Positions 57,384 to 64,000 of a stretch of 64,000 nucleotides of DNA are shown piece after piece; positions within the stretch are counted from its first letter, which is position 1, and each line of letters opens with the position of its first letter. Below the pieces are notes generated by a model. It saw only the letters and a program-made list of their open reading frames with translations. It was not told the DNA's origin and searched no databases. The stretch covers positions 1-64,000 of IMG/VR virus record IMGVR_UViG_3300017987_000013, one strand, 5' to 3'. The position numbers were made by a program, and so were the translations under genes. Origin of the DNA: a virus.

Positions 57384-58348
57384 ACTGCCCTCTGCTTTGA
57401 GTGGGCTCCTATGGCGTCGGCCAGGCGCGTACCCACCGCTTCCGCAACCGGCGGCGGAAATGCGTTCCCTACCTGCCGGTACGCCGCGGTCTTGCCCCCC
57501 GCAAAGAACCAGTCGGACGGAAAGCCCTGTAGCTTCGCCGCCATCTCCACCGTGAGCCGGGGCTGGGCATCGACCGGAAAATCCGGACCGGGAGCCTCGT
57601 CGGCGATACCGAGGCCGTCCACTCCCAGCTCCGCCCACTCGCGCCGGGCGCGTGTCGGTCCCAGGTCAGGCCCGCCGTGTTTCTTGGACCCACCGACAAG
57701 AGTAGGGGCGATGGCGTTTGCACGCTTCGCCCATTCGGTAGCCCCCGGCCAGCCCCTGCTTGCCATTGCACGGCGGAGTACGCCTCCGACGGTCGGCGGC
57801 CCACACCTCTTTCCGTTGGGCCACGAGAACCGGGCAAGGTCACGTGCTCGCAGGCCAACTAGAATGAACCTTGGCCGAAGTTGTGGCACACCAAAACTAC
57901 TCGCATTCAGGATGTGTGACACTGTCTTGTAACCCAGCTTCGCTAGATGGCGCTCGAACCACGTTCGGTAGTTCTCGAACTTCGCGGAGCCGAAGCCGCG
58001 GACGTTTTCTATCATCACGGCCCGGGGCCGTACCTCGGATATGACCGTGAGTGCTGCCGGGAAGAGGTCGCGTTGGTCATCGCGGCCCAACTGCTTCCCT
58101 GCAATCGAAAACGGAGGGCACGGAAGCCCCGCAGCCACAAGATCGGCACCTCGGTAGTCGTCGCCGCGAAACATGCGCAGGTCGATCTCGAGCGTGTTCC
58201 AGGTGGGCCGGTTCGCACGTAGCGTCTCACAGCACCAGCGATCATTCTCGACGGTCGCTTCGTGAACGAAGCCCGCACGCTCAAGGCCGAGGGCCTGGCC
58301 CCCGGCACCCGAGCAAAGTTCAATCGACGTGAGGGGCATCTTCACCAT
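57380..58348 (-). CDS. C5-cytosine DNA methyltransferase (NaeI/NgoMIV-like)
   Basis: Motif I 'ELCSGAGG', IV 'GLPCPPFS', VI 'IENV', VIII 'PQLRPR', TRD 'GGSKKHGGPDLGPTRA' and X 'YRQVGNAFPP'. Confidence 0.95.
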   Translation of the reverse strand: MVKMPLTSIELCSGAGGQALGLERAGFVHEATVENDRWCCETLRANRPTWNTLEIDLRMFRGDDYRGADLVAAGLPCPPFSIAGKQLGRDDQRDLFPAALTVISEVRPRAVMIENVRGFGSAKFENYRTWFERHLAKLGYKTVSHILNASSFGVPQLRPRFILVGLRARDLARFSWPNGKRCGPPTVGGVLRRAMASRGWPGATEWAKRANAIAPTLVGGSKKHGGPDLGPTRARREWAELGVDGLGIADEAPGPDFPVDAQPRLTVEMAAKLQGFPSDWFFAGGKTAAYRQVGNAFPPPVAEAVGTRLADAIGAHSKQRAV

Positions 58349-58420
58349 GTGGGTTCTCTTTCGCCAGTTAGTCCTTCGGCACGCTTCACAACCCAACTTA
58401 AAACGGACGGGGCGGGGACG

Positions 58421-58670
58421 CTAATTCGCTTTGTTTTCCGTCGCCTCCAAGAGTTCCACGATCTCGGACACCTTCCAAACGTGGTCGGTCACTTCGGCCG
58501 CCATCGCTGGCGTGGTGTGGACTCCGCCCTTCGCCTTTGTCAACGTCTCGTGCTTCCGACAGAAATTGTAGTACATGTAGTGCAGGGCGATCGCATGACC
58601 ATGATTCTCTAACTTCTTGCTGTGGCCATTCGTGAGCCTCGTCAACCGTCTGACGTTCATTCTCATAGTA
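58421..58670 (-). pseudogene. IS1-family transposase C-terminal fragment
   Basis: 'LTMRMNVRRLTRLTNGHSKKLENH..A.ALH..YYNFCR.H...TPAMAA..TDH.W'. The N-terminus is missing. Confidence 0.88.
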
Positions 58671-58751
58671 AGGAGGGTAGAGGAATCGAACCCCAAGCGT
58701 GCGCCTCCCCGGTTTTCAGGACCGGTTGCCGACCATTCAGCGGTACCCTCC
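58671..58751 (-). tRNA. tRNA-Ser(UGA), atypical (C33, U73)
   Basis: GGAGGGT/ACCCTCC acceptor, CCGGT-CCTGAAA-ACCGG anticodon arm, long variable arm and TTCGATT T loop. Confidence 0.75.
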
Positions 58752-58752
58752 A

Positions 58753-58835
58753 TACCAGGGGAGAGATTCGAACTCTCACGCTCTAAATGAGCACCGGGGC
58801 CTAAACCCGGCGTGTCTGCATTCCACCACCCTGGC
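58753..58835 (-). tRNA. tRNA-Leu(UAG)
   Basis: CCGGG-TTTAGGC-CCCGG anticodon arm, variable arm, GAGAG-TTCGAAT-CTCTC T arm. Confidence 0.9.
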
Positions 58836-58838
58836 CTG

Positions 58839-59330
58839 TTACCAATTCCGCGCTCGACCCTTGTTCTTTCTACCGCAAAACGTTGGCTGCTGGCTGTTGC
58901 AGTTCGGGCACAGCATCCGCAGGTTTTCGAGTCGATTGTCTCTGCCGTCGCCGTTGACGTGGTCGAGAACCATCCTCAACGGCTTGCCGTGCCACTCCCC
59001 TGTAAGTCCGCAAAGAGAGCATGTGTTTTCTAGTAGCCCCTCTTCTAATAGATGCCGCTTGAGGTGACATCGGGTGTACTTCGAATCTCGCACGAGTATT
59101 TCTTTGAATTGCGCTGGATCGAACTTGCGGCCCGGCTTTCCCTTTTGGTGGGCCTTCCCGAGAAAGTGCGATGTGTCCAGTTCGTACTCTCTCACTCTTT
59201 TAGTGATATAAGAGTGCGTCCCACCGGAGTTGGTCGCTACCCCCAATTCCCTACAAACCTCCGCCATTGTCGTGCACCGAGCCACTATTGGCGCAAGTAT
59301 CTCTTCGGTGTACTTCCGTTGTTTAGGCAT
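58839..59330 (-). CDS. HNH homing endonuclease within the tRNA array
   Basis: 'CSLCG...W.GKPL...LDHVNGDGRDNRLENLRMLCPNCNSQ'. Confidence 0.92.
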   Translation of the reverse strand: MPKQRKYTEEILAPIVARCTTMAEVCRELGVATNSGGTHSYITKRVREYELDTSHFLGKAHQKGKPGRKFDPAQFKEILVRDSKYTRCHLKRHLLEEGLLENTCSLCGLTGEWHGKPLRMVLDHVNGDGRDNRLENLRMLCPNCNSQQPTFCGRKNKGRARNW

Positions 59331-59370
59331 ACTGTAATGTATGCCGTAACGCGCACGTCTGCCAGTCACA

Positions 59371-59444
59371 TACCACACGTAGGATTCGAACCTACACTAA
59401 ACGCCGTTTGAAGACCGTCGCCTCTGCCGTTGGGCTACCCTGGC
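59371..59444 (-). tRNA. Degenerate tRNA; anticodon CAA (Leu) or UCA depending on register
   Basis: Good D and T arms (GTAGG-TTCGAAT-CCTAC). The acceptor has two G:G mismatches and the anticodon stem is imperfect around CTTCAAAC. Confidence 0.6.
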
Positions 59445-59447
59445 TCA

Positions 59448-59521
59448 TGTACCCCCTGGGACTCGAACCCAGAATTGCACGCCTTTTGAGGACGCCGCGT
59501 ATGCCATTCCGCCAGGGGTAC
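59448..59521 (-). tRNA. tRNA-Leu(CAA), short variable loop
   Basis: GTACCCC/GGGGTAC acceptor; GCGTC-CTCAAAA-GGCGT anticodon arm. Confidence 0.85.
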
Positions 59522-59524
59522 GTA

Positions 59525-59609
59525 CGGAAGGTCGAGGATTCGAACCTCGGTGCGTGGTACCGCAGCCGCGGGTTAGCAACCCGGCCCCTTACCGCTCGGG
59601 CAACCTTCC
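59525..59609 (-). tRNA. tRNA-Ser(GCU)
   Basis: GGAAGGT/ACCTTCC acceptor, G73, loop TTGCTAA and long variable arm. Confidence 0.85.
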
Positions 59610-59611
59610 AG

Positions 59612-59699
59612 TGGCGGGGGCAGGACTCGAACCTGCGGTGTTAATCTCGAGTGAGGTCAGATTTACAGTCTGGTGCGTTCGCCGCTACGCAACCCCGCC
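59612..59699 (-). tRNA. tRNA-Tyr(GUA)
   Basis: CAGA-CTGTAAA-TCTG anticodon arm, long variable region, GCAGG-TTCGAGT-CCTGC T arm. Confidence 0.85.
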
Positions 59700-59749
59700 A
59701 AATGACTCAATAGCTGAGTCGCAATGACAGTCGTAACGATCGAACTAGA

Positions 59750-59822
59750 TATGGTGGGCGGGACTCGAACCCGCGACCCCCTGCTCCCAAGGCAGGTGCG
59801 CTACCAGCTGCGCCACCACCAT
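59750..59822 (-). tRNA. tRNA-Pro(UGG)
   Basis: CCTGC-CTTGGGA-GCAGG anticodon arm; ATGGTGG/CCACCAT acceptor (A1-U72, atypical). Confidence 0.88.
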
Positions 59823-59880
59823 AGGTCGGTGATGGCTCAGACGGTCGGTCGTCGCGGAATTCAGTTATATCCATGGTCAA

Positions 59881-59909
59881 ATATTATAGCGGTGCGCCGG
59901 GACGGTCAA
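59881..59909 (-). promoter_or_regulatory. Sigma70 promoter upstream of the tRNA array
   Basis: TTGACC-17 bp-TAATAT, with an overlapping TATAAT. Confidence 0.6.
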
Positions 59910-60076
59910 CTACTTCTTCTTAGGCGGCCTTTCTGTCTCAGTACGTACCACGGCTGTCACACCCCCATCGCAACATATCACCTCTATCTTGCCCGTGAGC
60001 TTGCCGGCCAGGTGTGTGGCGATCACCCGCAATGCCCATTGTGCTGTGGACGATAGGTGCGTAGGAATTGCGGGAT

Positions 60077-60544
60077 CTACTGCTGAACTTTGATTCGACA
60101 TACGGGACAAATTCTGTGGTTTCCGTGGACTTTGAACCGTTCTCCGCACTTAGGGCATGTACGGACCTGCTCTTCTTCGGCCAATGCGCTGCCGGTTTCG
60201 GACTCTTCCTGCGGCTCCTCCTCTGTGTCTTGGGGTTTTTCCCCGAACTTCGTTGTGAACCAGTGCCCGAGCTTTGAATTAGCAACCCTGATGAGCAGCC
60301 GTTTCCACCACGGCAACGCCATGTACTCAAGATGGGCAAGCCGCACGGCAATGTCTTTGTGTACGGGCAAAACGGCGTGAGCGTACCATACTGACAGTGA
60401 TTTCCCGATCTCCGACCGGAATTCCTTCAGCGTCTCCTCGAGCGGCCCTACCCGCACCACCGTCCGCATACCGTGGGGTCGAGGTCCGATGTAGCGCTTC
60501 ATGTCGGCCGCTAGTGGTCCCTGCTTCTGCTCATTCATCGTCAC
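60077..60544 (-). CDS. Hypothetical protein with C-terminal Zn ribbon
   Basis: CPKC...CPVC. Confidence 0.65.
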   Translation of the reverse strand: MTMNEQKQGPLAADMKRYIGPRPHGMRTVVRVGPLEETLKEFRSEIGKSLSVWYAHAVLPVHKDIAVRLAHLEYMALPWWKRLLIRVANSKLGHWFTTKFGEKPQDTEEEPQEESETGSALAEEEQVRTCPKCGERFKVHGNHRICPVCRIKVQQ

Positions 60545-60923
60545 GCTCCTTCCGCTTTGTCAGTATCTCGGCCCATATATCGTCCCACGTACGGCCAGCT
60601 CGGCGTTGCGCCCATGCCAGGTTGATCTGGTGTTGCCGTATCGCCGGCGGCCAGCCACTGAAATACTTCTGCATATCAACCGGCATTTCGCCCAAATCCG
60701 CCCGTTCCTTGCGCTCCTCTTCGCTGAGGCCGTGCTCAACGCGATCGATTCTCTTAGTGTGGTCCATGAGATCGCTAACCTTTTCCCGCAGATACTCCCG
60801 TTCCTCGAATACCACGTTGAATGCTTCGCGATCGACCATCGAGTTTATCTGCCCCCACAGCTTCTCGTTCTGCGAAAGCACGAGATCGTACAGGGTTCGG
60901 GATACCCAGGGCCAACGGATCAT
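60531..60923 (-). CDS. Hypothetical coiled-coil protein
   Basis: ATGA coupling; 'MIRWPWVSR' start. Confidence 0.65.
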   Translation of the reverse strand: MIRWPWVSRTLYDLVLSQNEKLWGQINSMVDREAFNVVFEEREYLREKVSDLMDHTKRIDRVEHGLSEEERKERADLGEMPVDMQKYFSGWPPAIRQHQINLAWAQRRAGRTWDDIWAEILTKRKERDDE

Positions 60924-61306
60924 GCCAACCTCTTTGCATATCGGGCGTCGATCTCGGCCTCTTTTTGCTTTAATGCGGCACGAGCTTTTTGAATTGCTTT
61001 TCCACGAGACGGCTGTTGTTTTTGTGGTTTGTTTTTGCGTTTACGCCGTCGTGCGATTTTCCGTTGAGCCTTTTGACCGCGAAATTTCCGGTGCGGGTGG
61101 TAAAACTCATGGCAATCCAGGCATACGTGCTGTAGTTGATATATCTGTTCACTACCTATTGGACCGTTGTACCAAAGGTGGTGAACGTGTTCAGCTTCAC
61201 GACATCCACAACGCTCGCATATCCCCCCAGACCTTTCGCGCACAAGCCTTTTTTTTTCATCCCAACAAGGGTTGTCGCGATACTCAGACTTCACGTCTTT
61301 TTCCAC
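60920..61306 (-). CDS. HNH endonuclease with basic tail
   Basis: 'CERCG...HVHHLWY...LQHVCLDCHEFYH'. Confidence 0.85.
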   Translation of the reverse strand: MEKDVKSEYRDNPCWDEKKRLVRERSGGICERCGCREAEHVHHLWYNGPIGSEQIYQLQHVCLDCHEFYHPHRKFRGQKAQRKIARRRKRKNKPQKQQPSRGKAIQKARAALKQKEAEIDARYAKRLA

Positions 61307-61833
61307 CTTTCACAGTACCCGAAGTCGAGATCGTAAGTAGGAAGTAGTGGCGACCAGTCATACGGATCCCCGTCCGGTCGATGCCAAATGTCCCGCGATC
61401 GGCCCTTGTTGATATAGGGAAGCCGCGGTAAACCGTACTCCTCGCGCAGTTCTCCCCATCGCTCGGGTAGGTTTTCGAATGGAATTACATCATCTACCCG
61501 AAACCCAGCTGCGCCGTACCATTGCGGCCAGACATGCCAGTCGATGTCCTCAACCCGCTCTTTGCCCAGGATTTCCTGCTGGATCCGTTCGGCGAACGAG
61601 CACTTGTACGGTCCCAATGTGTTGATGATGGCGGTCGTGATGCGCTGCCACGGGTGCCTGACCGGCATGAAGGTGCGACAATTCGCGTATTTCTTCGCCT
61701 CCCCAGGCATTAGCATCGCCTTGACCCCCAACGCGTGCCGGAGCGAGCTGCTTGCTACCTTGCGGTGGATGATCCACAACGTATCGCTCGGTTCGTGGTG
61801 GAAGAAATTGAGGCGCGGCTGAGGCGGTCTCAC
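61291..61833 (-). CDS. Sulfotransferase (Sulfotransfer_2-like), paralog 2
   Basis: 5'-PSB 'IIHRKVASSSLR', 3'-PB 'VRHPWQRITTA', 'DWHVWPQ' and 'FENL'. Confidence 0.8.
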   Translation of the reverse strand: MRPPQPRLNFFHHEPSDTLWIIHRKVASSSLRHALGVKAMLMPGEAKKYANCRTFMPVRHPWQRITTAIINTLGPYKCSFAERIQQEILGKERVEDIDWHVWPQWYGAAGFRVDDVIPFENLPERWGELREEYGLPRLPYINKGRSRDIWHRPDGDPYDWSPLLPTYDLDFGYCERWKKT

Positions 61834-62348
61834 TCGCGCTCCCAATCAGGGTTGATGTCGAAATCACGGTAGTACCACGGCTCCAACAAACTCCAGTCGA
61901 AATCCATCTCCCGCCAGTCGTGCGCGTCGCCACGGTTCTTGTGCTGCAACTCCCCATAGTCATACCGGCGCTGCAGATCCGGCCACTCGTTCGTCAGATT
62001 CTCCATCAAGATGTACCGATTTACCTGGAACGCCGCCAATGGCAGCCACTGCGGTAGAAAATGCCAATCGACGTGTACCGGACTCCGTTTCGATAAGATC
62101 TCTTCCTCGATCTTCTGCGCGAACGACCGGTCGTCATCATACGGGTTGTGTGCCGCAGACGTCACTCGCGCCCACGGATGGCGAACCACCGTGATTGTGT
62201 GGAAGTGCCTGGCCGTCAACGCTTTCTCAAGATCGATCATCACGCGACAACCGATCGCTTCTCGTATGGACGATCCCGCCACTTTGCGGTGGATAATCCA
62301 CAGTAGCCGGCGTTCTTCGTCAATGTGGTAGTTCAGAAGCGGTGTCAT
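61830..62348 (-). CDS. Sulfotransferase (Sulfotransfer_2-like), paralog 1
   Basis: 'IIHRKVAGSSIR', 'VVRHPWARVTSA', 'DWHFLPQ', 'MENL..EW' and 'YYRDF'. Confidence 0.82.
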   Translation of the reverse strand: MTPLLNYHIDEERRLLWIIHRKVAGSSIREAIGCRVMIDLEKALTARHFHTITVVRHPWARVTSAAHNPYDDDRSFAQKIEEEILSKRSPVHVDWHFLPQWLPLAAFQVNRYILMENLTNEWPDLQRRYDYGELQHKNRGDAHDWREMDFDWSLLEPWYYRDFDINPDWERE

Positions 62349-64000
62349 TTCCTACTCCCGTACCGTTTCTGGAACCGTCGATCCTCCGCCTCCCGACGCT
62401 TCATTACCCGTTCCCGCATACGCTCGAGCCCTGTATCACGCTGCGGCGTTGATTTGACCATCCCCGCAGCCTCCATCTGTTCCTCACTGGCCTTGAGGTC
62501 CTTGGGCATGCGAGCTCGCACGAAATTCCCGTATACGAACGCGTCGCCTTTGTTCGGACTCCGGCCCAAAACCGCCCTAACATCGTCCTTTGAGTCCATG
62601 ACGATCATGCCGTTGCGGGTTGTCCACGTCGCAGCACATAGATCGTCAAATAGCTCTTCGTCGTACGGTAGCGCCACTCGGCCAAGCCGTAGATCCTCTC
62701 GGGCCCGCCAATGAACCTGGGTCCGGAGATCCGCGAACCGTTCGGCCTCAATAATCCGCGGCCCCGATGGCTTCAAGTTCCCTTCGAGGTCTGGTTCGGT
62801 CGTACTCCACAGTGTGTCCTGGTCAAGCCCCGGCACAGCCTTTCGGCCGCCACCGATATGCCTGACCTTGAGCCCTAGCCGGCGCATATGGTTCACGGCT
62901 GAAGCGCCCACACCAACACTATCGATACCGATATATCGTGGATCTACGGGTGCATCTGGGTTATGAGCCTCATTGTAGACTCGATCGCCGACATCATTGG
63001 CGTCGTTGACCTGGAATCGCTGGACTTCTGTACAGCATGCACCTTGCCCTCGCGCGATCGCAGCTGCGTCCCCGGTCGGCTGGTCAGCCACGTCAGCGCC
63101 GATCCAGAGCGGCCCTGCGCGCATCTTCTCGTCTTCGTACTTCCGCGCCGCCGCTTCACACCATTCCCGCCGAATAAGCGCATCTTCGGCCTCTTTCGGC
63201 GAGATGCCGCGAATACGCGACTCGTAAAGGCGCGTACCCTTGAGCATGCGTTTCCGGCGCGCCAACCGGACTTTCCCGATAGCGCCCGGGACGACAATTC
63301 TATCAGTGACGATATTGGGGTGATCATCAGCGCTGATCCGGAGCGCCAAAACGTCTGGATCCTTACAGAACTTGTGGAGTTCGTCGAGCTGGTGGTCAGG
63401 GTTTCCTAGCGCAAGATGGAGATTGTGGTCGTCTGTCCGCGTGTTGTAGATCGCGGCCATGATCGCGGGGTGGATCCCCGGCGTCTCTTCTGTGATGAAC
63501 AGAACGTGTTCAGCGTGGATCCCTTGTGCCTTGGTAGCGGATTCCTCTGAAGCTCCGACTCCGCACACAAACGCCCATGCCGCCCAGACTTCCTTGTCCT
63601 CGACGGCCGGCTTCATGCGCAATACACCGGTCAGAAGCTCGGCCTGCGGGAAGATCGCCTTGAACTTGGGCCACAATCGCCCGATTTCTTTCCAAACCTG
63701 CCCGTAAAGTTGAGCGGCTTTCGGTGCAACAGTGGGCACTAGGGAATCAGGGAAACATGCAAGAAACCAAAGAGTGACACACGCGGCGATGTACGTCTTC
63801 CCTACTCCGGTCGCTGACTCGATACCGACGTCCTGCCAGTTCGCCAGAGCTTCAAGTGTCGTTGCCAACGGGTCCTTGTCGCCGTCCCAATCGTGTTCCT
63901 TGTACCCCTCGTTCAGCGACCATACCAACGTGTTCCGTGGTACGCCGAGGTACTTCTCAATCCACTCAAGCGGTTTTTTCTGGTAATCTGTGTGAGGTTG
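62345..64000 (-). CDS. terL: Terminase large subunit (5' end beyond the window)
   Basis: Walker A 'SATGVGKT', Walker B 'LFITEE', 'ALGNP', nuclease 'IGADVA', 'IDSVGVGA' and 'RSPNKGDA'. The frame is open to the window edge. Confidence 0.93.
   Translation of the reverse strand, partial: QPHTDYQKKPLEWIEKYLGVPRNTLVWSLNEGYKEHDWDGDKDPLATTLEALANWQDVGIESATGVGKTYIAACVTLWFLACFPDSLVPTVAPKAAQLYGQVWKEIGRLWPKFKAIFPQAELLTGVLRMKPAVEDKEVWAAWAFVCGVGASEESATKAQGIHAEHVLFITEETPGIHPAIMAAIYNTRTDDHNLHLALGNPDHQLDELHKFCKDPDVLALRISADDHPNIVTDRIVVPGAIGKVRLARRKRMLKGTRLYESRIRGISPKEAEDALIRREWCEAAARKYEDEKMRAGPLWIGADVADQPTGDAAAIARGQGACCTEVQRFQVNDANDVGDRVYNEAHNPDAPVDPRYIGIDSVGVGASAVNHMRRLGLKVRHIGGGRKAVPGLDQDTLWSTTEPDLEGNLKPSGPRIIEAERFADLRTQVHWRAREDLRLGRVALPYDEELFDDLCAATWTTRNGMIVMDSKDDVRAVLGRSPNKGDAFVYGNFVRARMPKDLKASEEQMEAAGMVKSTPQRDTGLERMRERVMKRREAEDRRFQKRYGSRK

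Larger units (their letters stand above)
56333..58670 (-). mobile_element. Truncated IS1-family transporter element carrying an RM cassette
   Basis: C-terminal transposase remnant at 58421-58670 and an IS1-like terminal repeat GGTACTGGTACAGTTTGA at 56333-56350. The cargo is more GC-rich than the phage. Confidence 0.7.

Noticed and set aside
56366-57638. Extended ORFs 56366-57364 and 56811-57638 as fusion proteins
   Set aside because: The N-terminal extensions overlap upstream genes out of frame. Motif-supported starts are 56809 (Vsr) and 57383 (HNH).
59371-59444. Selenocysteine tRNA or genome-wide opal recoding
   Set aside because: It lacks the long acceptor and variable arms of tRNA-Sec, the UCA register pairs poorly, and genes read normally in code 11.

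Overview
This looks like a nearly complete, circularly permuted tailed-phage genome, probably podovirus-like: it has portal, scaffold, capsid, adaptor, nozzle and large ejection proteins, and no recognisable tape measure or sheath. The small terminase gene lies at the left edge and the large terminase gene runs off the right edge. Layout: (i) terS plus a dif/Xer-like site (1-990); (ii) a + strand early region of small genes, many sharing a conserved leader motif, including RadC/JAB, LPD29-like and a 30 x 9-bp repeat gene (1.1-9.3 kb); (iii) a - strand replication/recombination operon under a sigma70 promoter, with an RHH regulator, YqaJ exonuclease, SMC-like ATPase, tRNA-Asp, initiator with iterons, primase-helicase and RuvC (9.3-24.7 kb); (iv) a - strand virion and lysis block (24.7-56.2 kb); (v) a terminase-portal accessory island holding two sulfotransferases, a 7-tRNA array with an HNH, and a truncated IS1-family element carrying a C5-MTase, HNH endonuclease and Vsr. 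I recognised no integrase, DNA polymerase, reverse transcriptase or CRISPR array. The most unusual signals are an HPD-type J-domain inside the 1906-aa ejection protein, the dif-like site in an integrase-less phage, T-loop/minihelix-containing early-gene leaders, the tandem sulfotransferases and the IS-borne RM cassette fused to a tRNA end. All calls come from motif recognition by eye; no searches were run.
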